Below the pieces are notes generated by a model that saw only the letters and a list, made by a program, of their open reading frames with translations, made no database searches and was not told where the DNA came from. This document shows, in pieces, positions 26,509 to 35,709 of a stretch of 64,000 nt of DNA; position 1 is the stretch's first letter; every line of letters starts with the position of its first letter. Position numbers and translations under genes: made by a program. This DNA comes from Myxococcales bacterium (lineage in GTDB: Bacteria; Desulfobacterota; Binatia; HRBIN30): the NCBI GenBank assembly GCA_037445065.1, contig JBBILD010000004.1, forward strand, positions 160,001-224,000, in the 5' to 3' direction.

Positions 26509-29259
26509 TTAGAGGCTCGATACCGGTGCGAGGCGCCGTTCTGGGCGGAGCGTTGCGCGGCGTTGGCGCCATTTCTTTTCCAGCGCGACCACCAGCGCCG
26601 CTCCAAGACCGATTACGACCGTGCGCAACCAGGCCGCAACCGACAGCGGTGCGGTGTGGAACAGGGCGTTGACGGGCGGCCAGTGGGCGAACAGAAGCTG
26701 CAAGAGGACGATGGCGACCACGCCCGAGTTGGCCCACGGGTTGGAAAACAACCCCACGCTCCACACCGATCCACGCAGGCGCCTGCAGTTGAACAAGTAG
26801 AACAGCTCCACCATTACAATCACGTTGGCAGCAGCGGTGCGCGCTTCCGCTTGCGGGGCGCCGGATGAGAGTTCCCACAAGAACACGCTGAACCCGCCCG
26901 CTAGCATCAGGGCGGCCACCAAGACGATGCGCAGCAGCAGCTCTCGGGTGAGAATCGGTTGCGCAGGATCCCGCGGCGGCCGCTGCATGATATCCGGCTC
27001 CTTGGGCTCGAAGGCCAGCATCAAGCCCAGGCAGATCGCCGTGGTCATGTTGATCCACAGGATCTGTACAGGCAGCACCGGGAGTGCCGTGCCGAGAGCG
27101 ATGGCTGCCAACAAAATCAAACCCTCCCCCATGTTGGTCGGCAGGGTCCACACGATGAATTTCGTGAGATTGTCAAAGACCGCACGTCCCTCTTCGACCG
27201 CCGCAACGATAGAGCGGAAGTTGTCATCAGTCAGCACCATGGCGGCGGCCTCTTTCGCCACCTCGGTGCCGCTCCCCATGGCTACCCCAATGTCGGCTTG
27301 GCGCAGAGCCGGGGCGTCGTTTACTCCGTCGCCGGTCATTGCCACGACGTGGCCGCGTTCCTGGAAGGCCCGCACTAAACGCAGCTTTTGCTCAGGAAGC
27401 ACGCGGGCGAAGACGTGGGTTTGCTCGACCACCTGTGGGAGCCTCGCGTCGTCAATGCGCGCGAGCTCTCTGCCTGTGAGGACAGCGGACTCGCTGTCCG
27501 CTGCACTCATGAGTCCGAGTTTGTAGGCAATCCCTCTGGCTGTGGCCGCATGGTCGCCGGTGACCATCTTCACTAGGATGCCAGCTTGACGGCAGGCTCG
27601 CACCGAGGCGATGGCTTCTTCGCGCGGCGGGTCGAGCATTCCCTGCAACCCGAGAAACACCAAATCGCTTACCTGGTCATGGCTGAGGATCGCGGGCTGC
27701 GCGCGCAATTTGCGGCGCGCAAAAGCCAGGACGCGCAGGCCTTTGGCGGCAAGCGTCTCCGCTGCCTGAAGGATCTCTGTTGGCTCGATCCGCTGTTCCG
27801 CGCCGTTTTCGTCCAAGGCCGCTGTGCATCGCGGGGCCAGGGCCTCGGCGGCGCCTTTGACGTAGAGGACGAGTTCCCCGCTCGGCGTGCGATGCAACGT
27901 TGCCATGTATTGCCGGCTCGAATCGAACGGCAGTACCTCGAGGCGCGGATACTGTCCCCGCACAGCGCCCGCCTCGATCCCCGCTTTCATCGCGCACACC
28001 AACAGCGCTCCCTCGGTGGGATCGCCGATCACTTGCCAGCCGCCTTCGCGTATGAGACTCGCTTCGTTGCAGAGGGTTCCAGCGAGCAGGCACTCGGTCA
28101 ACGCTGAACCCGCTCGGCTGACAGGACAACCGCTCTCCTCATCGAGGATTTCCCCGCGCGGCTCGTACCCGGAGCCGGTGACCGCGAAGGGTTTGCCGCC
28201 GGCCACGACCGCTTGGACCGTCATTTTGTTTTCCGTCAGCGTGCCGGTTTTGTCGGAACAAATCACGGTGGTGCTGCCCAGAGTCTCGACCGCGGGAAGC
28301 TTGCGGATAATCGCGTTGCGACGTGCTATACGTGCCACCCCAATGGCAAGGGTGACAGTGACCGCCGCGGGAAGCCCTTCTGGGATGGCCCCTACCGCAA
28401 GCGCCACGGCTGCCAGAAACACCTCGACCGCGGGTTGCTGGCGCCACAGACCGAGGGCGAAGGTGAGGGCTGCCAGGCCCAGGATCACCGCTGTAAGCTG
28501 CTTGCTGAAGCGCGCGATCTTACGCATGAGCGGCGTTTGCAGAGAGACCGCCTCACCCATGAGTTGATGGATGCGCCCCAGCTCGGTGGCCGCCCCGGTA
28601 GCCACCACGATGCACGAGGCGTGTCCCGCGCTGACGAGGGTTCCAGAAAAAACCATGTTCACACGGTCTGGCACGTCCGTCTCGGGCGGAAGCTCGGTGG
28701 CTTGTTTGGCGACGGGCACCGACTCGCCCGTGAGCAGAGACTCGTCTACTTGCAGCTCGCGGCTCCACACCACGCGCGCATCGGCGGGAACTTTGTCGCC
28801 CGGCTCGAGCAAGACGAGATCACCAGGGACGACTTGCGAGGAAGGAATCCGCCGGCGTTTGCCGTCGCGCACGACCGTGGTTTCGGTGCGCGTGTAGCGT
28901 TGGAGGGCCTCCAAGGCGCGCTCGGCGCGCCATTCTTGCACGAAGCCAACGACGGCGTTCACCAACACGACTCCGAAAATCACACTCGAGTCGGGAAGCT
29001 CGCCGAGCAGCAGTGTGATCAGCCCCGCTGCGAGGAGCACGTAAATGAGCGGGTGGTGAAATTGCAGGAGGAATCGTACGAGTGGTCCGTGCCGCCGCAC
29101 GCGCGGGAGTTCGTTCGGGCCCAATTGCGCCAGCCGAGCCCGCGCGGCTTCTTCACGCAGTCCGTGTGTACGGTCGCTCTCGAGCAGCAACAATAGCTCG
29201 TGCAGGGGTAGATGGTGGGCGTGGGGGTGAACGGTTCGGCCGAGGCTGCGCTGGCTCAT
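26509..29259 (-). CDS. Cation-transporting P-type ATPase (type IIA, Ca2+-like)
   Basis: TGES, IPEGLP, DKTGTLT, KGA, TGDH, GDGVNDAP. Confidence 0.96.
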   Translation of the reverse strand: MSQRSLGRTVHPHAHHLPLHELLLLLESDRTHGLREEAARARLAQLGPNELPRVRRHGPLVRFLLQFHHPLIYVLLAAGLITLLLGELPDSSVIFGVVLVNAVVGFVQEWRAERALEALQRYTRTETTVVRDGKRRRIPSSQVVPGDLVLLEPGDKVPADARVVWSRELQVDESLLTGESVPVAKQATELPPETDVPDRVNMVFSGTLVSAGHASCIVVATGAATELGRIHQLMGEAVSLQTPLMRKIARFSKQLTAVILGLAALTFALGLWRQQPAVEVFLAAVALAVGAIPEGLPAAVTVTLAIGVARIARRNAIIRKLPAVETLGSTTVICSDKTGTLTENKMTVQAVVAGGKPFAVTGSGYEPRGEILDEESGCPVSRAGSALTECLLAGTLCNEASLIREGGWQVIGDPTEGALLVCAMKAGIEAGAVRGQYPRLEVLPFDSSRQYMATLHRTPSGELVLYVKGAAEALAPRCTAALDENGAEQRIEPTEILQAAETLAAKGLRVLAFARRKLRAQPAILSHDQVSDLVFLGLQGMLDPPREEAIASVRACRQAGILVKMVTGDHAATARGIAYKLGLMSAADSESAVLTGRELARIDDARLPQVVEQTHVFARVLPEQKLRLVRAFQERGHVVAMTGDGVNDAPALRQADIGVAMGSGTEVAKEAAAMVLTDDNFRSIVAAVEEGRAVFDNLTKFIVWTLPTNMGEGLILLAAIALGTALPVLPVQILWINMTTAICLGLMLAFEPKEPDIMQRPPRDPAQPILTRELLLRIVLVAALMLAGGFSVFLWELSSGAPQAEARTAAANVIVMVELFYLFNCRRLRGSVWSVGLFSNPWANSGVVAIVLLQLLFAHWPPVNALFHTAPLSVAAWLRTVVIGLGAALVVALEKKWRQRRATLRPERRLAPVSSL

Positions 29260-29401
29260 TTGGAACTATGTCCCACGGGTGAGAGCGGGCGACAAGGCCG
29301 AATTCGGTAGTTGACCGCTGCGCCGTAGATGTTCATGCAAGGCAAACGCGCGAGAGAAACGTGCTCTGGCGCGGTGTCGAGTTGGTTCAGGAGCGAGGAC
29401 G

Positions 29402-30193
29402 ATGGGAAGATTCGAAGGAAAAGTGGGATTCGTTACCGGTGGCGGAACAGGCATTGGCTTGGCGTGCGCGAGAGAGATCGTCGCCGGCGGCGGTAAGGTG
29501 ATGCTCGCGGGGCGCAGGGAAGAGGTGCTGGCTTGCGCGGCGGCGGAGCTCGGAACGAGCGCAGCATGGGTGCGTTGCGATGTTACGGACGATGCCTCGG
29601 TCGAGCAGGCGGTCCACGCTGCGGTCGAGCGTTGGGGTGGGCTGCATGTGGCGGTGAACTCCGCCGGAATGGGGAGCATTGGCTCGGTGCTGAATGCGGA
29701 TTTCCAGGAAGTCGTGCGCACGATTGATACGAACCTCCTGGGAGTCTTTCGCTGCTTACGCCATGAAGCTTGCGCGATGAAGGCGAATGGCGGCGGCAGC
29801 ATCGTCAACATTAGCTCGATCGCCGCCGTTTTGACCCACCGCTGGATGACCGCGTACTGCGCTTCCAAGGCAGGGGTGGATATGTTGACTCGCTGCGCTG
29901 CAGATGACTTGGGCGAATACGGAATCCGTGTGAACTCGGTGCTGCCCAGCCTCGTAGACACGGAATTGGCCGCGCCGCTCGTGAATGTCGAGGAAGCCCG
30001 CCAGGACTACCTTGCCTGTATGCCAATTGCCAAGATCGGCAAACCGGAAGATGTGGGCAAATTGGTTGCCTTTTTGTTGAGCGACGACGCCAGTTGGATC
30101 AGCGGGCAGTGTATCCCGGTGGACGGCGGCCACACCCTGCGGCGGGGGCCCTATCTGGTGGAGCTGTTCAAGCCGTTCTTGCCGCCGGAGTGA
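29402..30193 (+). CDS. Short-chain dehydrogenase/reductase
   Basis: TGGGTGIG, NISS, YCASK, VDGG. Confidence 0.92.
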   Translation: MGRFEGKVGFVTGGGTGIGLACAREIVAGGGKVMLAGRREEVLACAAAELGTSAAWVRCDVTDDASVEQAVHAAVERWGGLHVAVNSAGMGSIGSVLNADFQEVVRTIDTNLLGVFRCLRHEACAMKANGGGSIVNISSIAAVLTHRWMTAYCASKAGVDMLTRCAADDLGEYGIRVNSVLPSLVDTELAAPLVNVEEARQDYLACMPIAKIGKPEDVGKLVAFLLSDDASWISGQCIPVDGGHTLRRGPYLVELFKPFLPPE

Positions 30194-30217
30194 GTTGCTG
30201 GGCGCGTCCTCGGTGTC

Positions 30218-30694
30218 TCAGGCGGCGCGAGCTTCGCGCACGGCCTTGAGCACTTGCTCGGGGTGTTTTTCCGCGTTGGCCACTTTGGCCCAATGCTTGC
30301 GCACTTTGCCATCTGGACCGATCCACACCGTGGAGCGAATCACCCCCACGGTTTTTTTCCCGTACATGGTCTTCTCCCCATAGGCGCCGTACTTTTTCAT
30401 GACTTTGAGATCAGGGTCGCAGAGCAACGGGAATGGCAAGCGGTATTTTTGCGCAAACTTACGGTGGGACTCGGCATCGTCTGGCGAAACGCCAATGACC
30501 TGCACGCCCAGTTTTTGCAGCTCTTTCCAGGCGTCGCGAAACCCACACGCCTCCTTCGTGCAACCGGGAGTGTCGTCCTTCGGGTAGAAGTACAAAACCA
30601 GGTCCTTCCCTGCGAAGTCAGCAAGGGAGACGCGGCGGCCCCCCGCGTCTTCGAGCGTGAAATCGGGTGCGGCTTTTCCTTCTTGAATCGCCAT
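30218..30694 (-). CDS. bcp: Peroxiredoxin BCP/PrxQ
   Basis: YFYPKDDTPGCTKEACGFRD. Confidence 0.94.
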   Translation of the reverse strand: MAIQEGKAAPDFTLEDAGGRRVSLADFAGKDLVLYFYPKDDTPGCTKEACGFRDAWKELQKLGVQVIGVSPDDAESHRKFAQKYRLPFPLLCDPDLKVMKKYGAYGEKTMYGKKTVGVIRSTVWIGPDGKVRKHWAKVANAEKHPEQVLKAVREARAA

Positions 30695-30785
30695 GTCCAC
30701 CTCCTCGCTCCCTTTCCTGCCACAGCGGGGAAACGAATCAAGGCGGTGCCGCTGTCGGGGCCAATGGAAGCTGGAGCAACCAGGG

Positions 30786-31994
30786 TTAATGCGGGTAGAG
30801 CAGAACGGATGCGCGTTCTTGCTCCCACCTTTGCTCGTCGGGCTGCGCAAGCGCGTCGAGATCGTGTGGGGTAGAAGCTGGGTCATCCACCCAGGCGCGA
30901 ACCTCCTCTCCGCCATGGATCAGGTCGATGGCCAGCCGCTCGTATTCGTACTCGTAGGGAAACTGGCGCCAGAGCGGATCGTGTGGGCGCAGGGAACGCA
31001 GGGCTTTGAGTAACAGGCAAACCAGCCGCCAAGGGCGGAAGCGCTCCGGATCGTACCAGGGTTCGTCTGTGTGAATGTGGATTCCCGCACAAAGGAGCCC
31101 GCTGTGCTTGTGAAAGGTAGGGCGAAAGTAACAGGGGCGAAGACGACACCCAGCAAGCCAAGCTGGAGCGAGCCGTTCCATGGTGGCTAAGAGCTGCGGA
31201 ACATCGAGTTCGGGAGCCCCGATGACTTCCAGCGGGCGAGTTGTACCGCGGCCTTCCGAGAGCACGGTTCCCTCGATCAGTACCGTTCCCGGGTAGCAGC
31301 GCGCCATCCACAGGTTGGGCGCGTTTGGGCTCGGGTTTACCCAGCTTCGGTCTCCTAACGGCCAACCGTACCCGGGACCCCGCTGTGGCTCCCACCCGCG
31401 CATGGGTACGACGTGGTAGTCGAGATCGAGTCGCAGGGTTCGGACGAACCACAGGCCCAATTCGCCGATGGTCAGCCCGTGTCGCAGAGGAAAATTGCCG
31501 GCCGCCACGAAACTCTCCCACCCGTCTTGCACGCCAGGTCCCTCGACGGTGCGTCCGATGGGGTTGGGGCGATCCAACACCCATACGCGCTTGCCCGCTC
31601 GGGCAGCTTCCTCCAGCACGTACCGTAAGGTGGTGACAAAGGTGTACACACGGCAGCCGAGGTCCTGCAGGTCCACCAACAACGTATCGAAACTGTCCAG
31701 CATCTCGGTCGTGGGACGGCGCGTCTTGCCGTACAAACTGAACACCGGGATGCGGTGCACCGGATCGAGGTAGTCGTCGGATTCTTCCATGTTGTCTTGT
31801 TTGTCCCCCCGCAGGCCGTGTTGGGGTCCGAAGGCCGCGGTCAAGCGAACGTTTGGTGAAGCGGCAAGAGCATCGAGGGTGTGCACCATCGTTTTGGTCA
31901 GCGAAGCTGGGTGGGCGAGGAGAGCAACGCGCTGCCCCGAAAGGCGCCGCTGCAAGGTGCGATCGGCGAGCAGGTGGTCAATCCCGAACTCCAT
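30786..31994 (-). CDS. DUF1343/NamZ family exo-beta-N-acetylmuramidase
   Basis: FGPQHG, VDLQDLGCRVYTF, LDRPNP, RHGLTIGE, PSPN, SEGRGTTRP. Confidence 0.88.
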   Translation of the reverse strand: MEFGIDHLLADRTLQRRLSGQRVALLAHPASLTKTMVHTLDALAASPNVRLTAAFGPQHGLRGDKQDNMEESDDYLDPVHRIPVFSLYGKTRRPTTEMLDSFDTLLVDLQDLGCRVYTFVTTLRYVLEEAARAGKRVWVLDRPNPIGRTVEGPGVQDGWESFVAAGNFPLRHGLTIGELGLWFVRTLRLDLDYHVVPMRGWEPQRGPGYGWPLGDRSWVNPSPNAPNLWMARCYPGTVLIEGTVLSEGRGTTRPLEVIGAPELDVPQLLATMERLAPAWLAGCRLRPCYFRPTFHKHSGLLCAGIHIHTDEPWYDPERFRPWRLVCLLLKALRSLRPHDPLWRQFPYEYEYERLAIDLIHGGEEVRAWVDDPASTPHDLDALAQPDEQRWEQERASVLLYPH

Positions 31995-32039
31995 GCCCGC
32001 TCTTTACCGGAGAGGGCAGGGAGAAAAAACCGCCGCGGC

Positions 32040-32982
32040 TCACAATTGCCGCCGAGTTTGCTCTGCTGAGCCGGAGGGGAACCAGGCCGGCAAGGCCGGG
32101 AGTCGAGAGACAGTGCGGAGCAGGCTCTCGTGCGTCCCGCAATCGGTCCAGCCAAGTTCCGGTAGCCGCCACACGGCCAACTGCGAGGTCGCTTGCGCGA
32201 GCAGCTCGCGCGAGAAGTTCCAGGCTGGGATTGCGCCAAAATCCTCTGGCCCCGGCCTTGATCCGGTGCAGAGTGGGCGCAAGGCGCTGAAACGGTGCGG
32301 CAAGAGGCGCTCTGTCAGGTTCAGCCGGGTTGTGAGCCGAAAGACGAGCACAAACGAGTTCCAGAGCGCCCCGCTTTCGATGAGTTGGACGCTCTGTTGG
32401 GCGGAGGGCTTCTCCGCGAACTGACGAACGCGAAAAACGGGGGCATCCGGGTCCCGCTGCCGGAACTTGCGGCCGGGAAGCACATACCCGAGTTCGGTGT
32501 CGGGGCGGTCGGGGACGACCCCGAATAGGAGCAGGAACCGCGGGTGCCGCTCGACGAACCGAGCTGCCAGGTCGAGTTGCTGTGCAAAGCCAGTGTCGTC
32601 GCTTACGTAATGGTCGCTCGGAAACAGGCCGATCGTTGTATCTCCCACGGTCTTCTTCAAGTGCAGGAGAGGGAGGAGAATGCCGGGCCCGGTGTCGCGG
32701 TTCACCGGCTGGACGAAGATGTGTGCGGGAGAGACCGGGGCCAGTTGCTCTTCTGCCCACTTGAGGTGGTGCTGGGTGATCACCACCACGGTTTGTTTCG
32801 GGGGGCGCAAAGAGGCGGATGCGGTCGAGAGTCATCTCGAGCAAGGAACGGCTTCCCAATAGGTGGCAGTACTGTTTCGGAACTGGCTCCCCGGTGATGC
32901 CTTTGGTCAACTCCTGCAAACGGGTTCCGTCGCCGCCAGCGAGCACAATTGCCCAGCGGCCTTGGTTGCGACTCACTGCCAT
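32040..32982 (-). pseudogene. Mannose-1-phosphate guanylyltransferase-like nucleotidyltransferase with +1 frameshift near 32800
   Basis: WAIVLAGGDGTRL...PKQY in one frame; QPVNRDTGPG, FPSDH, FAEKP, LWN in another; junction at a C6 run. Confidence 0.8.
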
Positions 32983-33040
32983 CCATACTTCTCCTTTGGC
33001 TGCTTGCCCCGCCCCCGCCGCATCCCCGCTCTGCCGCTTA

Positions 33041-33056
33041 TGCACAGCCGATGCCG
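33041..33056 (-). promoter_or_regulatory. Putative sigma-54 promoter for the nucleotidyltransferase
   Basis: Minus strand CGGCAT-CGGCT-GTGCA, GG-N10-GC, about 60 nt before the ATG. Confidence 0.5.
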
Positions 33057-33375
33057 AAGCAGCCGACGATTGGTTTCTGCTGTAGGGGCCGCTGCCTTTT
33101 CGCAGCGATCGCCAACTGGCGTTGACGGAGTCGCGCGTGTGCGAATCGGCGTGGTTGACAATTTGGTTGCTCGGTGCCAAGCCGGGGGACCGTAGGCACT
33201 GCTGCATGCTCCGCGATCAAGCCGCCTCAGTAAATGTTTCGAGATTGGCTCAGCCATCCGGGCGGGCCGCTCCGGTGTGCCTTCGAGGGCCGATTTTGAC
33301 GACTCTCCTGGCTGCGGAGATACCCCTGGTGGCCGCGCCCTTGGCTTTTCGCAGTGAAGCCCTTTAGGAGGGGGA

Positions 33376-34146
33376 ATGAAGTCGAACTTCCTCGAGTCCT
33401 TGCGCGATCCGAACCGCTCGCGGAAACCGCGTGAGGTCGGCCTGACGCACGTGTTGGACAAAGGGCTTTCCCTGGCCGAGGTGCGAGGGATGTTAGAGGT
33501 GGCAGCCAGCTACATTGACATTGTGAAGCTGGGGTGGGGCACCGCGGTGGTGATCGAGAACTTTGCCGAGAAACTCGAACTGTATCGGGAAGCAGGCGTC
33601 GAGGTGTGTTGTGGAGGAAGCCTCTTCGAGGTGGCGTTCAGTCGCAACCGGTTCGAAGAGTACGTCGCCTTCCTGCGTGATCAGGGATTCCGGCTGGTCG
33701 AAATTTCCGACGGCGTGATCGAGATTCCTGCGAAGCAAAAGCTTGGGATCATCGAAAAACTCGCCAAAGACTTCCGGGTGCTGTCGGAAGTGGGCAGTAA
33801 GGACGCAAATGTGGTGGTGGCTCCTTACCGGTGGGTGCAGCAAATCCGCGCCGAGTTGGAAGCCGGCGCGTGGAAAGTGGTCACCGAGGGCCGGGAGTCA
33901 GGCACGGTCGGCTTGTACCGCCAAAGCGGCGAGATTCGCACCGGTCTGATCGAGGAGATGGAGGTTCAGATTGACACCTCCCGCTTGATCTTCGAAGCGC
34001 CCCAGAAAGCGCAGCAGGTGTGGCTGGTCAAGCACTTCGGCTGCAACGTGAACTTAGGGAATATCGCCCCGCAAGAGGTCATCTCGTTGGAGACCATCCG
34101 GCAGGGTTTGCGCGCGGACACGATGAGTCCCAACGTCGCGTCGTGA
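33376..34146 (+). CDS. comA: Phosphosulfolactate synthase
   Basis: RKPREVGLTHVLDKG, IDIVKLGWGT, EISDG, SEVGSK, EGRESG, FEAP, NVNLGNI, LETIRQGLRADT; strong Shine-Dalgarno. Confidence 0.93.
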   Translation: MKSNFLESLRDPNRSRKPREVGLTHVLDKGLSLAEVRGMLEVAASYIDIVKLGWGTAVVIENFAEKLELYREAGVEVCCGGSLFEVAFSRNRFEEYVAFLRDQGFRLVEISDGVIEIPAKQKLGIIEKLAKDFRVLSEVGSKDANVVVAPYRWVQQIRAELEAGAWKVVTEGRESGTVGLYRQSGEIRTGLIEEMEVQIDTSRLIFEAPQKAQQVWLVKHFGCNVNLGNIAPQEVISLETIRQGLRADTMSPNVAS

Positions 34147-34233
34147 GATGGTGGCGCGCGCTCTCCCGTGCCGTTTTGCATGCGAGCCGGATTTCGTCCG
34201 CCGCCTCGCTGTGGTTCCTGGTCCCCTCAGCGC

Positions 34234-35295
34234 TCAAGTTTGCGGCCCGGGACCTGCACTTGGCGCTTCCATGCCTCCACTCCGATAAGCACGCCAGCGA
34301 AACTGCAACGCGCGCCAAGGCTGGATGGCAGCGGCATACAGGCGGCGAGCCACGCGAGTGAGTGCGTTGCCGTGCCGGTACACGTACGTGTAAGGGCGCT
34401 CGATCGTGCCGAAGGTTTGCTTGAAGCGCGCCACACCCGGAATCCCGGCGCCAACCATGTCGTACTCCTGTAACCCCCGCGCAGCAGCCCAGCGGATGAC
34501 TTCCCAGTGCAGTAAATTGTTAGGACGTAGGCTTTGCGCAGCTCGGTCACTGACCCCGTCCAGATAATACACGGTGCGGGAGTCGAAGGGAAAAATCCCC
34601 GCCGCCACCACCTGCCCCCGGTGGAGAGCCGCCAGAACTCGTGCATTCGCACCCGCTTCGATGGCGCGGTCCATCCTGAGGTAATCCTCTTTGCGGAGGG
34701 GCGGTGCCCGGTGATGGCGGGCGAACACCATCTGCGCGAGTTCGTAGTAGCGATCGGCGACTTCGGCAAGGCGCACTTCCTGTATCGTGACTCCTTCTCG
34801 TTCTGCTTTGCGGACTGCCCGCCGGCACGCCGGGTCCAAGGCCCGTTGCCATAACTCCCGCTCCCCAGGGCGGAGGTCGAGCACATGGGTGGCTCGTCCT
34901 TCCCGTTCGAACCCGGCTGGCTCCCATACCTGCGCCGGAAGGTCGGCGGCGATCCGCAGCTCGAGGTAGGCGACACCCTGAGCTTTGGCAAAGTGAGCCA
35001 GAGCGGTGAACACTTCGGGCAACAGTTCGGACGGTACCACCGGGCCCAGATAGGGCGTCGCCGCAAGCGGCGGCGGGGATGCAAGAATGCGAAGCGGGCC
35101 ACGCCGGAGCTGGAATAGGGGAAGCAGGCCAAGCATGTGCCCATTGTCTTCGATGCGGGTAGGCCGAAACGTGGCACGCGCCAGATCAGCGATCAGATCC
35201 AGCCAAACTCGTCGGTGAAACACGCTTGCCGGACCAAGCTGGCAAAGCATCGCATCCCAGTCTTCTCCCGAATCTACCTCCACGACTTGCAGCAT
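34234..35295 (-). CDS. GNAT/FemAB-like N-acyltransferase
   Basis: RRAVRKAEREGV, PNNLLHWEVIRWA, YDMVGA, ARFKQTFG. Confidence 0.85.
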   Translation of the reverse strand: MLQVVEVDSGEDWDAMLCQLGPASVFHRRVWLDLIADLARATFRPTRIEDNGHMLGLLPLFQLRRGPLRILASPPPLAATPYLGPVVPSELLPEVFTALAHFAKAQGVAYLELRIAADLPAQVWEPAGFEREGRATHVLDLRPGERELWQRALDPACRRAVRKAEREGVTIQEVRLAEVADRYYELAQMVFARHHRAPPLRKEDYLRMDRAIEAGANARVLAALHRGQVVAAGIFPFDSRTVYYLDGVSDRAAQSLRPNNLLHWEVIRWAAARGLQEYDMVGAGIPGVARFKQTFGTIERPYTYVYRHGNALTRVARRLYAAAIQPWRALQFRWRAYRSGGMEAPSAGPGPQT

Positions 35296-35709
35296 AATCC
35301 GACGCCAGGCTCGAGAACGCCTGCACCCTAGCCCGCACAAGCATTGGCGCCAAGCACGGCGGGGCAACAGGTTCGCGCCCAGCGGGCTGGCGTACATCGC
35401 ATGCAGCCTTGCCTGAAAGACACCCTGTGCAGATTCCGCGGCAGCAGCACGGAGAGCCCCTTGCTTCTTGCCGGCACTGCGACGCTCTTCTTCTCCCAAG
35501 GGCCTGCATGGTCAACCGTGGCCCGCTTGCGTGTTTTATAAGCTAGTGACGGGACGGGTTTCGCGCCTGACCTTGGGACGCGCGCAGCCGGATCTTCATC
35601 GCCAAAGGCGCCGTAACTGGTGCCGCCGGGAGCGGCGTTTCCTTCGGCCCGTAGCGGTCCCCTGCTTCATCGTCGTGCCCGCTCGAGATCCTGCGTGTGG
35701 CCGGTCAGG

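Noticed and set aside
29260..29401. yybP-ykoY (Mn2+) riboswitch before the P-type ATPase
   Set aside because: No GGGGAGUAG-type conserved core seen
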